Shown: piece by piece, positions 9,284 to 18,591 of the stretch
Layout: every line of letters begins with the position of its first letter
How positions within the stretch are numbered: position 1 is the first letter of the stretch
Virus record (IMG/VR): IMGVR_UViG_3300021139_000004
Direction: 5' to 3' (one strand)
Source: an uncultured virus (IMG/VR IMGVR_UViG_3300021139_000004)
Taxonomy: Duplodnaviria; Heunggongvirae; Uroviricota; Caudoviricetes
Length of the DNA stretch: 64,000 bases
The notes under the pieces: model-generated
What the model was told of the DNA's origin: nothing
The model's database searches: none
The model's input: the letters and a program-made list of their open reading frames with translations, nothing else
Made by a program: the position numbers and the translations under genes

Positions 9284-10169
9284 AACTATTATAGGACTGA
9301 TGATGATCAGTCCTGTTTATGCTACTGAACAAGTAGAAATCATAACTAGTATTCCTGTAGCCGGATCTGGAGGACAGATCGGTGCAGGTATCACACAAAT
9401 TCTTAATAAAGTTCAAACAGAACGAGAATATAAGTTTGTAGTTAGCCCGGGAGCACAGGGTGATACTTCTGCACTAAAAGCTATAGCAGACGCAAAGACA
9501 CAAAATGTCGTAATGTTTAATGGCATTTCAGTCACTACAACAAATAGACTTCTGAATGTTAATCCAGGTTTTGATAGAGATAAAGACTTTATTCATACAG
9601 TTGGCATAGGTAAAAACTATTATGCTGTGATGGTTAGTCAAGATTCTCCTATTAAAAATATCGATGATCTTGTGAGTTCAATCAAAAATAAACAAGAGTC
9701 TTATTTTTCTACTACTCTGACTGCTCCAGGATCTGTCATTTTGAACGACATTTTCATGAAGAAATATAGTCTAGAAAACAAAATTAAAACCATCAACTAT
9801 AAGACTCCACAAGAAATTATTTTAGCACTAAATAACAAAGAATCAGACTATACAATCTTTACTATTTCAGATATGATCAATCTGAAAGCGATCTTAGTAT
9901 CATCGGAAAACAGGTTAATTCAGTTTCCTGATGCTCCGACTGCTAGACAGTCTGGTTTTGATGCATTCTCGTTGTCTTCTATTTTAGTTTTCTCTATTCC
10001 TAAAGAAAGAGAAGCTTTTGAAAAAACATTCGAAGAAGACATGAAAAAAGTATGTGCTGATCCAGACTATGAACGCGTAGCTAATATAAGAGCACCATAT
10101 AGATCCGAATGTATGTCGCCTGTCGATACTAATAAGACTATCGACAATGAACTTAGGACGATAAGATAA
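9264..10169 (+). CDS. TctC/Bug-like periplasmic substrate-binding protein
   Basis: Signal peptide (..SPVYA), VEII...PVAGSGG, VVSPGAQG, V...DSPIKNIDDLV, S.ENRL..FPDAPT. Confidence 0.7.
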   Translation: MLRGIIKTIIGLMMISPVYATEQVEIITSIPVAGSGGQIGAGITQILNKVQTEREYKFVVSPGAQGDTSALKAIADAKTQNVVMFNGISVTTTNRLLNVNPGFDRDKDFIHTVGIGKNYYAVMVSQDSPIKNIDDLVSSIKNKQESYFSTTLTAPGSVILNDIFMKKYSLENKIKTINYKTPQEIILALNNKESDYTIFTISDMINLKAILVSSENRLIQFPDAPTARQSGFDAFSLSSILVFSIPKEREAFEKTFEEDMKKVCADPDYERVANIRAPYRSECMSPVDTNKTIDNELRTIR

Positions 10170-11450
10170 ATGTTTACCGATAAAACGTTCTGCACTCTTC
10201 CTTGGTCACATATTCAAATCAATACCACTGGTAATTTTAAAGTATGTTGTTTCACGGGTGATCCAGAAAAACATATCGGTGAACACGGCATTTCTACAGA
10301 CGATGATGGTAATGTCATGAATATCATGACACATTCTCTAGAAGATGCAATGAATAGTAAGATCCATAAAGAAATAAGACTGCTGCAGTCTATGGATCAG
10401 AGACACGGCGCTTGTAGAATGTGTTGGGATAAAGACGATGCTAATGTTGAGTCTATGCGCACGCTACAAAATAGAAGAAACATTGGTATAGACGGCTTTA
10501 TATTTAGAGACGAAGCCGATTCTCGTATGTCGTCAGACGGCACAATTAAAAACATTCCAGTTTCTTTAGACATTCGTTTTGGTAATCTTTGTAATGCAAA
10601 ATGCATTCACTGTGAACCTCTCTATAGTACACTTTGGTACGAAGACGTAGAAGCAGTATGGGGTACTAATAAGTTTCGTGTAGGTCCTGAGACATACGAA
10701 ATTAGAAAAGAAAACGGTATCTATAAAGCAGATCTTAAAAAATGGTGGGAATCTGAAAACTGGTTAAAAGAATACGAGAAGATCAAATATCAGATTAGAG
10801 AACTTTATATTACCGGTGGTGAACCAATGGTAGTTCCATATCACGCCGAATTTCTTGATAGATTGATAGCTGATGGTGTTGCTGGTAATATAAGACTTGG
10901 ATACGATACAAATCTTCTTGCGGTAAATCAGAACATCATTTCAAAGTTTAAGCACTTTGGAAGTACGATGATCTCTGTAAGTACTGACGATATAGAAGAG
11001 AGATATGAGTATATCAGATTTCCTTCGAAGTGGGATAAGCTCCAGCGCAATATGCAGTTGATGAAAGAAAATAACATCAAGATAGATAGAGTTTCTCTAT
11101 GTGTCGGCATATATTCAGTACATTCTTTGTTTAGAATGGTTCCCTTTTATAGTGATTTGGGGTATAATATAATCAGACAACGTATCTTGAATTCGCCGGT
11201 CATGTTTGATATGAAGTGGTTACCCAAAAAAGCTAAATTAGAAACCATACAAAAATACGAAAACTCTAATATCGGTAGAGACAACTATCAGATGACGACA
11301 GGTTATCTTTATAATACGTTGGATATTCCGGAAAATCCAAAGATGTTATCAGCCTTTGTACAGCGTATGAATAAGTTCGATGAGATTCGTAAATTAGACT
11401 GGAAGAATACATTCCCTGAAGTAGCTGAAATGGTTCAAAAATATATATGA
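10170..11450 (+). CDS. Radical SAM protein with N-terminal Twitch/SPASM-like Cys domain
   Basis: CNAKCIHC triad, TGGEP, N-terminal CTLPW...VCC...CRMCW. Confidence 0.9.
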   Translation: MFTDKTFCTLPWSHIQINTTGNFKVCCFTGDPEKHIGEHGISTDDDGNVMNIMTHSLEDAMNSKIHKEIRLLQSMDQRHGACRMCWDKDDANVESMRTLQNRRNIGIDGFIFRDEADSRMSSDGTIKNIPVSLDIRFGNLCNAKCIHCEPLYSTLWYEDVEAVWGTNKFRVGPETYEIRKENGIYKADLKKWWESENWLKEYEKIKYQIRELYITGGEPMVVPYHAEFLDRLIADGVAGNIRLGYDTNLLAVNQNIISKFKHFGSTMISVSTDDIEERYEYIRFPSKWDKLQRNMQLMKENNIKIDRVSLCVGIYSVHSLFRMVPFYSDLGYNIIRQRILNSPVMFDMKWLPKKAKLETIQKYENSNIGRDNYQMTTGYLYNTLDIPENPKMLSAFVQRMNKFDEIRKLDWKNTFPEVAEMVQKYI

Positions 11451-12643
11451 AATTAAGACATGCACATACTGGTCATTATCTGTATAAAGACCGTATATAT
11501 GTAAAAAGAACAGATGTTTTAGATGAGATGATTCGAACAAGAGATTATTCTGGTCGAATGTCTTTCTATTTCAACGATGATGTGTTCGATTCATTGAGTT
11601 GGCATACTGAAATAAATGTTAGCTTAGATAAGCTCTATACGTATAGAGCACAACAACTCAGAGACAAATACAAGTATCTAATTTTAGCTTTTTCTGGAGG
11701 AAGTGATTCAGTACAAGTTCTGAATACTTTTCTTAAAAACAATATTTTTATAGATGAAATCATAACGTGTCATCACTCAGATCTAATCAAGAATATAGAC
11801 GAATCAGTTCTTTACAATAGTGAAGAACTATCTACTTTCTTAGAATACAAATATGCAACGACACACTATCTTAAAAAGATCAAAGAACAAAGTCCCAATA
11901 CTAAAATAACCACTTTAGATCTGTCTAATTTTCTATATGAACAACTGGTAAACAAAAAGTTTGGTCACATGGGCGGCGATCAAAGACTGACACATACAAA
12001 CAGTCGTGTTTTTGCCATATTTCCACGTTCTTATATGCATGCCATAACACTCAATCTTATAAATCGTGATACAGCAGGAATGGCCTTGATAAGAGGTGTA
12101 GATAAACCCATCTTAAAAATTAGAAACGATAATCTATTCTTCTTATTTAGTGATATTACTATGCACGGTGCAAAGCACTTTAATACGGGTGAATTAGATC
12201 ATATATTTTCTTTTGAAGATTTTTTCTGGTCAAGAGATATGCCACTTATACCCATAAGACAGTCTCAAGTTATCAAGAAAAAATTAGAGATGGATAAAAT
12301 GTTCTATATGAATTTCTGTTTCTTCAATGAAGACATAGATCGTTATTATCTAGAAAATAGAGACGGTCATAGTAGTGGTGGTGACTTAGAAAGACTTTAT
12401 AGTAATCTCATTTATCCAGATCATAATCCACTTTTATTTGCTGCACCAAAACCCAAGAAGAAATCTCCAGAATTCACATTGATGGAAACTGTTGTAGGTA
12501 GACATTTTGGTAAAGATTTCTTAAATGAATTGAGACAAGAAGCATATCAAAAATATGATAAGATAGTTTATAAAGATCAACTCAATAAATTCATTTATTC
12601 TAAGAAATATCATCTTGGTAAAATAGAACCTGAATGGAGTTAA
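11447..12643 (+). CDS. PP-loop protein 4
   Basis: RAQQLRDKYKYLILAFSGGSDS...IFIDEI; RGVDKP; EDFFW; close paralogue of 8021-9283. Confidence 0.75.
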   Translation: MKLRHAHTGHYLYKDRIYVKRTDVLDEMIRTRDYSGRMSFYFNDDVFDSLSWHTEINVSLDKLYTYRAQQLRDKYKYLILAFSGGSDSVQVLNTFLKNNIFIDEIITCHHSDLIKNIDESVLYNSEELSTFLEYKYATTHYLKKIKEQSPNTKITTLDLSNFLYEQLVNKKFGHMGGDQRLTHTNSRVFAIFPRSYMHAITLNLINRDTAGMALIRGVDKPILKIRNDNLFFLFSDITMHGAKHFNTGELDHIFSFEDFFWSRDMPLIPIRQSQVIKKKLEMDKMFYMNFCFFNEDIDRYYLENRDGHSSGGDLERLYSNLIYPDHNPLLFAAPKPKKKSPEFTLMETVVGRHFGKDFLNELRQEAYQKYDKIVYKDQLNKFIYSKKYHLGKIEPEWS

Positions 12644-12644
12644 A

Positions 12645-13571
12645 ATGTTAAAGAAGTTATTGCTTGCATTGATGATAGTGACACCGGCTTATGCTGGTCA
12701 ACAAGTAGAAATTGTAACTAGATTTGGTCCTTCTACTTCGTCTGGCAGATTTGCTATAGAAGCTATGAATATGCTCAATGAAATGCAGAAAGACTATGAC
12801 TTTAAAGTTTCAGTGATCATAGGTGCTAACGGTGAAGCTGCTGATCAGAGAGCTTTAGTTATTGGAAAAACACAACCGATTCTGTTATGGAATAGTTCTT
12901 CTTCTTATACTTTTAACAGATACTTTGTCGGTAATACGTATGATAGAGACAACGATCTAATACCACTTCAAGGAATGGCAAGCGTACCGTTTTCTATTCA
13001 GGTCGCTCCCGATTCACCTATAGAAACTTATGAAGATTTTATTAAGTTTGTCAAGTCTAAGCCCGTAGTTTATATGGGAAACACTGCTAGTTCAAGTTCT
13101 GTTAATCTTTTAAAAGCTATTCTTGTAAAAACTAATAAGATCGATAACATAAAAGACTTGGTCTATGAAAAGCCGTTTGATATTACTAGGGCTGTATTGA
13201 CAAAAGAAGCTGATTTTACTATCTTTAATCCAGCAGACGTGGTAGGTTTAAAACAACTAGTGACGAGTAGTCCCGATAGAACGTTTAAATATAGAAACGT
13301 ACCTATTGGTAAAGAAGTAAACATGCCTGATTTTATATATACTTCACAGACTCTGGTATCAGTACCAAAAGAACAAAAAGAATTTGGCGAGAAGATTCAA
13401 CCTCTTCTCGCCAAGATATGTTATGATCAAAGATTTTCTGATATCGTAGAAAAGTCTAATTATTTTTCAAGTTGTTTAGGTCCTAATGGCATGAAGAAGA
13501 GAATAGTCGAAGAGATGAAACTTATTGAAAAATACAAAGACTCTTTAGATTTGACACCCGGTCCTAAGTAA
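12645..13571 (+). CDS. TctC/Bug-like periplasmic substrate-binding protein
   Basis: Signal peptide (..TPAYA), VEIVTRFGP, IGANG, VAPDSPIET; paralogue of 9264-10169. Confidence 0.7.
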   Translation: MLKKLLLALMIVTPAYAGQQVEIVTRFGPSTSSGRFAIEAMNMLNEMQKDYDFKVSVIIGANGEAADQRALVIGKTQPILLWNSSSSYTFNRYFVGNTYDRDNDLIPLQGMASVPFSIQVAPDSPIETYEDFIKFVKSKPVVYMGNTASSSSVNLLKAILVKTNKIDNIKDLVYEKPFDITRAVLTKEADFTIFNPADVVGLKQLVTSSPDRTFKYRNVPIGKEVNMPDFIYTSQTLVSVPKEQKEFGEKIQPLLAKICYDQRFSDIVEKSNYFSSCLGPNGMKKRIVEEMKLIEKYKDSLDLTPGPK

Positions 13572-14178
13572 ACTTTGGACCGATAACCCATACTACCAAA
13601 GACTTACGAATACCAGAAGTCACCGGTTTTACTCTATGAGTCATAAAGGAAGGGAATAAAATAGCCCTTCCTTTTTTTGTATCTACGTCTATGGGTGTCT
13701 CTTGATTACCATCGCATACTTGAAATTCGCCGCCCTCGTAATCATCATTTAGTTGCAATGTCAATGAAAGCTTACGAGTTTCAGCCATATTTTCTGTCAT
13801 TTGGCCCATAGCCATATCCATGTGCCAATCATAACGACCTAATTCTTCTGATCTATAGACAGTATATTGAAACGAATCATAACCGTTCAAATCAAAACCA
13901 TAATACATCTCGTTGATACTTTGAATAACAAAATTGAGTTTATCAAAGATCCACATAGTTTCTGGATTTCTACCGAAAAACTTAACGTCTGACTTTCTGA
14001 CTTTTTCAGTAAGTTCTTGATCTCCGGAAAAAGTAGTACCTCTTTCAAGTTGTTCTTGTTCACAATATGTCTGAATGGCTTCTAGTTCACCTTCAGTAAA
14101 AGCATCGTCCCAATAAGTCCAAGGATGAGTAAGTCTAGCTCTTGTATGTGGATCATTATAGATCGTTGTGTATTTCAT
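13564..14178 (-). CDS. 2OG-Fe(II) oxygenase, PKHD/prolyl-4-hydroxylase type
   Basis: YDWHMD, RKLSLTLQL, YEGGEF, FPSFMTHRVKPV, RKSLVVW. Confidence 0.9.
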   Translation of the reverse strand: MKYTTIYNDPHTRARLTHPWTYWDDAFTEGELEAIQTYCEQEQLERGTTFSGDQELTEKVRKSDVKFFGRNPETMWIFDKLNFVIQSINEMYYGFDLNGYDSFQYTVYRSEELGRYDWHMDMAMGQMTENMAETRKLSLTLQLNDDYEGGEFQVCDGNQETPIDVDTKKGRAILFPSFMTHRVKPVTSGIRKSLVVWVIGPKFT

Positions 14179-14863
14179 TTCTGAAGATTCTCCAGTTAGA
14201 TGTTGGTTGAATTCCTGTAGGTCTAGGCATGTTTTTTCTGTAAGTAAAAATAATGTCTCCTGCTAGACAAACTCTCTTTGTATATAGATCACTTACGTGT
14301 TTGCAACCGGTATCTCGTTCTTCAGTACCATACCCGACTGTATAGTGATTCAGAGTTGAAGGAAATATAAAAAGATCACCCTCAGACGGAACAAATGTGT
14401 GATCGTATTCGTTCCATCTATTAGTTTCGTTAGCATTGAACTTGATCATGCCATAATAAGGATCGTTGTTATGAGGAGGCGCATTACAGAAAACCAATGG
14501 CTTTTCTAGATTTTCTGGAATGTTTGTGTAGTAAGTAAAAGAAAGTTGAGCGTCTTCATGATTATGAAAAGGAGTGTGTCTTTCTTTAGTAATGTTCATC
14601 CATGTCTTGATGATATTGATATCGAATATCTCAGGATCAATACCGATAGCTCTGACATACTCTGCAATCATTTCACTGATGTAAACAAATAGAGGTGCAT
14701 AGGCTTCTTCATGATGTATATTGACATGACCGGTAAATTCGCTCGAGAACCCATCGATCGTCATATACTTCATTAACTTATTCATAAATATGGGTTTGAA
14801 CTCGTATGCATTTGGATATTGATCCTGAATGATTAGAGTAGGAAAGATTGCGTGTTTAATCAT
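14156..14863 (-). CDS. 2OG-Fe(II) oxygenase-like protein (TIGR02466 type)
   Basis: FPT, WMN, HNH, SFTYY, EGDLFIFPSTLNH. Confidence 0.8.
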   Translation of the reverse strand: MIKHAIFPTLIIQDQYPNAYEFKPIFMNKLMKYMTIDGFSSEFTGHVNIHHEEAYAPLFVYISEMIAEYVRAIGIDPEIFDINIIKTWMNITKERHTPFHNHEDAQLSFTYYTNIPENLEKPLVFCNAPPHNNDPYYGMIKFNANETNRWNEYDHTFVPSEGDLFIFPSTLNHYTVGYGTEERDTGCKHVSDLYTKRVCLAGDIIFTYRKNMPRPTGIQPTSNWRIFRNEIHNDL

Positions 14864-15819
14864 CGTTTATCCTCGTTCAACTTTTTAAGTCTTTCTTTCA
14901 TATCTTCAGAGATTGAACTCTCATACTTTACTAATTTTAAAGCTTCTTTATAGTCTATAAGATTGACTTCAAAATTCATCTTTTTAGCTTCGATCAAGTA
15001 GTCTTGATCGTTTACGGCTTTGATGAATGCTTCTCTTAGTTCTTTTGCTTTATTTTCTGGAATTCCTGGTGGAGCGACAAATGGTCTTAACAAAGCATAT
15101 CCTGCTTCTACAACAGACAATAATTTTTTGTCATCTTCTGATTTTACCATTTCTGCTAGTGTTTGTACATCTTTATATTCAGGATGTCTTGTAGTTCCAT
15201 TTCCGAACTGTATATAAGCTTTGATGCCAGATCCTGGTTCTAACCAATAGGGCTTTTGTGTCTTGATGCCAATAAGATTATAGACAACAGTGTCTACTTC
15301 TCTATTTTCAAATGCTAATCTTGCGGCTCCTGTTGTAGCATATCCTGTCACTATCTTAGCATCTAGATGTGCCAATTCTTTAACCAAAAATGCAGGATTC
15401 ACACCCATATAGTTTTCTGAACCGATTATTTCGGGTTCATATACGTTACACCATACAATGACTGCATCTTTTCTGCCGTCAGCATTTGATCCTAACCATG
15501 TGAATTTTTCAGGATCAAACATGACGTTTTGATCGCCCAAGACACCGATGAGCGAGATCTCTTTATAGAGGGTACCGATGACTGTGCCATCTTTTGGAGC
15601 TACATTATACAGATAGTTGGCAGCTACGAGACTAGCAGCACCCGGCATCGCTTGGATTACTATGTCTGGATGATTGGGTAAATACTTAGAAATATACTTT
15701 CCTAAAATACGTGCATTTATATTATAACTATCGTTCTCAGAAGGCACGATTATTTTAAGTGTGTCAGCCATAACGGGCGTGACTATTAGACTAAAAGCGA
15801 TCAAAATCGCGCGAAACAT
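14860..15819 (-). CDS. TctC/Bug family periplasmic substrate-binding protein
   Basis: Start MFRAILIAF with RBS GGAG; LKIIVP, MPGAASLVAANYLYNVAPKDG, FVAPPGIP. Confidence 0.85.
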   Translation of the reverse strand: MFRAILIAFSLIVTPVMADTLKIIVPSENDSYNINARILGKYISKYLPNHPDIVIQAMPGAASLVAANYLYNVAPKDGTVIGTLYKEISLIGVLGDQNVMFDPEKFTWLGSNADGRKDAVIVWCNVYEPEIIGSENYMGVNPAFLVKELAHLDAKIVTGYATTGAARLAFENREVDTVVYNLIGIKTQKPYWLEPGSGIKAYIQFGNGTTRHPEYKDVQTLAEMVKSEDDKKLLSVVEAGYALLRPFVAPPGIPENKAKELREAFIKAVNDQDYLIEAKKMNFEVNLIDYKEALKLVKYESSISEDMKERLKKLNEDKR

Positions 15820-15855
15820 AATAGATCTCCATAAGATAAATAACAAAGACAAACA

Positions 15856-15863
15856 TATTTATA
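15856..15863 (-). promoter_or_regulatory. T4-type late promoter TATAAATA driving the minus-strand operon
   Basis: TATTTATA on + strand, 36 nt upstream of the minus-strand ATG. Confidence 0.65.
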
Positions 15864-15873
15864 GGGCTCAAAA

Positions 15874-16614
15874 ATGGTCGCAATTGCTTCAAGATCAGAC
15901 TTTAAAGAATATTGCTTGAGAAAGCTCGGAAAGCCAGTGATCGAGATCAATGTAGATGACGATCAGGTAGAAGATCGTGTCACTGAAGCTATTAGCTACT
16001 ACTGGGACTATCACTTCGACGGTGCAGAAAAGACTTATTACAAGTATCAAATTACTGCAGCGGACATCAATAACAAGTACATTACTATGCCGGACAACAT
16101 CATCGGTGTAGTCAATATGTTCCCTGTAGGTCAGGCTCTTAATACTAACAACCTCTTTAACATTCGCTATCAGATCGCATTGAACGATCTATATACTCTG
16201 ACATCTGTCAGTATGGTGCCTTACTATATGGCACTTCAACACATTCAGTTTCTTGAGCAGTTTCTAGTCGGTCAACAACCGTTAAGATACAATCGTATCA
16301 TCGGCAACTGCTATATCGACATGGACTGGACTATCGTTAATGTCGGCGACTATCTAATTTTAGAATGTTATCAAGTCGTAGATCCTGAAGTTTTCAATAA
16401 GGGTTATAACGAGCGTTGGCTTCAAAACTATGCCACAGTCTTGATTAAAGAACAGTGGGGCACAAACCTTAAAAAGTTTGATGGCATGCAGATGCCCGGC
16501 GGTCTCAAATTCAACGGTCAAAAGATCTACGATGAAGCGCGTCAAGAACGTGCTGCTATGGAACAAGAGATGATTTCTGGCTTCAGTATGCCTGTTCACG
16601 ATATGATCGGATAA
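15874..16614 (+). CDS. gp13: Neck protein gp13
   Basis: YCLRKLGKPVIEINVDDDQ, WG.NL.KF.G..MPGG; synteny. Confidence 0.95.
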   Translation: MVAIASRSDFKEYCLRKLGKPVIEINVDDDQVEDRVTEAISYYWDYHFDGAEKTYYKYQITAADINNKYITMPDNIIGVVNMFPVGQALNTNNLFNIRYQIALNDLYTLTSVSMVPYYMALQHIQFLEQFLVGQQPLRYNRIIGNCYIDMDWTIVNVGDYLILECYQVVDPEVFNKGYNERWLQNYATVLIKEQWGTNLKKFDGMQMPGGLKFNGQKIYDEARQERAAMEQEMISGFSMPVHDMIG

Positions 16615-16616
16615 CA

Positions 16617-17339
16617 ATGGCAACCAATTTCTATTTCAATAACTTTCAGGCTTCAGGTGAACAGTCTCTACTCGAGAATCTGATCATTGAAGCTATTAAG
16701 ATGTACGGAGAGGATATGATCTATATCCCACGTAACATCGGAAAGTTAGACCAACTCTATACTTCAGACGATCAGTCATATTATAAGCAGACTTATGATA
16801 TCGAGATGTATATTAAGTCTGTCGACGGCTTTTCGGGTGATGGTAACTTCATGTCTAAGTTTGGTCTTGAAATTAGAGACCAAGTCATATTTTCAGTTTC
16901 ACAGAGAATCTTCTCTCAAGAAATTGGCGCTTATACTGCTCAAGTTCGTCCAAACGAAGGCGATCTCATCTATTTCCCACTTAATAAGAAATGTTTTCAG
17001 ATCAAGTTTGTCAATAAGTTTGAGATGTTCTATCAATTAGGAACATTACAGACATGGGAAATGACATGTGAATTGTTCGAATACGCAGACGAGTTGATGG
17101 AAACTGGTATTCAAGAGATCGATTCATTACAGACAAAATATAGCACTAATGAACTAGACTATGCATTGAGAGATACTCTCGGCAATCTATTGCAAAATGA
17201 AAACGGTGATTTCATCATGAATGAAAACTATAATCTTGATACTATCATCGGTACAGGAACTAACGACGTTATGGCTAATGAATCAAATGGATTTATTGAT
17301 TTTAGTCAGGTAGATCCGTTCAGTGAGGGACACTTCTAA
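16617..17339 (+). CDS. gp14: Neck protein gp14
   Basis: EAIKMYG, SKFGLEIRD, RPNEGDLIYFP, FYQLG. Confidence 0.95.
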   Translation: MATNFYFNNFQASGEQSLLENLIIEAIKMYGEDMIYIPRNIGKLDQLYTSDDQSYYKQTYDIEMYIKSVDGFSGDGNFMSKFGLEIRDQVIFSVSQRIFSQEIGAYTAQVRPNEGDLIYFPLNKKCFQIKFVNKFEMFYQLGTLQTWEMTCELFEYADELMETGIQEIDSLQTKYSTNELDYALRDTLGNLLQNENGDFIMNENYNLDTIIGTGTNDVMANESNGFIDFSQVDPFSEGHF

Positions 17340-18169
17340 TGTTCGGTCAAAACTTCTACTTTTCTACTATCAGAAAATATGTCACACTATTTGGTACGCT
17401 GTTTGATGACATCTCAGTTATCAGAACAAATAGTAATGGTGATTTGACTGCTGTCATTAAAGTACCTATCACTTATGCACCAAAAGAAAAGATGCTAGCT
17501 CGTGTGACTCAAGATCCAGCGATAGATCGTCCTACAGCTACTCCTACTTTACCCTTTATGTCATTTGAAATGACAAATCTTGCTTATGATTCAGCTAGAA
17601 AGCTGAATACAGTAGGTCGTATCACGACAGCCAATGGTCAGTCTAATAACAATTACAAATATCAATACAATCCAGTGCCCTATAATATAGGATTTAGACT
17701 GTACATATATGTCAAAAATCCAGAAGACGGTACGAAGATAGTTGAACAGATCTTACCATTCTTTACGCCGGACTTTACGACTACACTCAAATTGATTCCT
17801 GAAATGAGTGTGACTATGGATGTTCCGACTATCATGAATAGTATTTCACAAGAAGACACTTATGATGGTAACTTTTTACAAAGAAAAGCTATCATTTGGA
17901 CTCTTGATTTTACTATGAAGGGTTATATCTACGGACCAGTTAAGAAGTCTCCTATCATTCTTTTCTCGAATACTGTCTTCTATGTTCCTACAGGAAATGC
18001 TGCTTCTGGTGTAAATATAACAGACTATTCATCTTATGTTCATATTCAACCGGGTTTGACTGCTAACGGTCAACCCACATCAAATGCATCATTATCTATA
18101 AGTCCCTATGACATTTTGGCGACTGATGATTATGGTTATATTATAACAGAAGGCGACAGTGATACATGA
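17339..18169 (+). CDS. gp15: Tail sheath stabiliser/terminator gp15
   Basis: FGTLF, VPITYAPKEK, EQILPFF, WTLDF. Confidence 0.95.
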   Translation: MFGQNFYFSTIRKYVTLFGTLFDDISVIRTNSNGDLTAVIKVPITYAPKEKMLARVTQDPAIDRPTATPTLPFMSFEMTNLAYDSARKLNTVGRITTANGQSNNNYKYQYNPVPYNIGFRLYIYVKNPEDGTKIVEQILPFFTPDFTTTLKLIPEMSVTMDVPTIMNSISQEDTYDGNFLQRKAIIWTLDFTMKGYIYGPVKKSPIILFSNTVFYVPTGNAASGVNITDYSSYVHIQPGLTANGQPTSNASLSISPYDILATDDYGYIITEGDSDT

Positions 18170-18591
18170 CCGCAAACAATGATCCGTTAGGCAAAGCGCT
18201 TAACCTGACACCGTTTAATACGGATAACGCAGTAAAATCGATCGTAGCAAAAGCACATGATGATAGTGCTAAGAATGATTTTGAATTAGCAAGAGCTAAC
18301 ATTCATGAAGTCATTCAGAACGGATTGAGTGCTATCGATAAGTTATCTCAGATTGCAGATCAGAGTCAACATCCCCGTGCTTTTGAAGTCTTGAGTACAC
18401 TCATGAAAACTATGTTGGATGCCAATAAAGACTTGCTCGAACTTCAGAAGAAGATCAGAGAGATCGATGCAGCAGATGCACCATCAAATGAACAGGCACA
18501 ACAGGTGACAAACAATCTTTTTGTTGGATCTACAGCCGACCTTCAAAAAGTTATTCAGGATATGAAGAATGGTGGATCTAAGCAAGCTTAA
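18166..18591 (+). CDS. gp16: Terminase small subunit gp16
   Basis: HPRAFEV, NNLFVGSTADLQK. Confidence 0.92.
   Translation: MTANNDPLGKALNLTPFNTDNAVKSIVAKAHDDSAKNDFELARANIHEVIQNGLSAIDKLSQIADQSQHPRAFEVLSTLMKTMLDANKDLLELQKKIREIDAADAPSNEQAQQVTNNLFVGSTADLQKVIQDMKNGGSKQA

Noticed and set aside
4367..12643. Queuosine/7-deazaguanine (QueC/QueE) or lasso-peptide cluster
   Set aside because: The PP-loop proteins lack the QueC C-terminal Cys cluster; no QueD, FolE or DpdA, and no lasso peptidase, RRE or precursor was recognised
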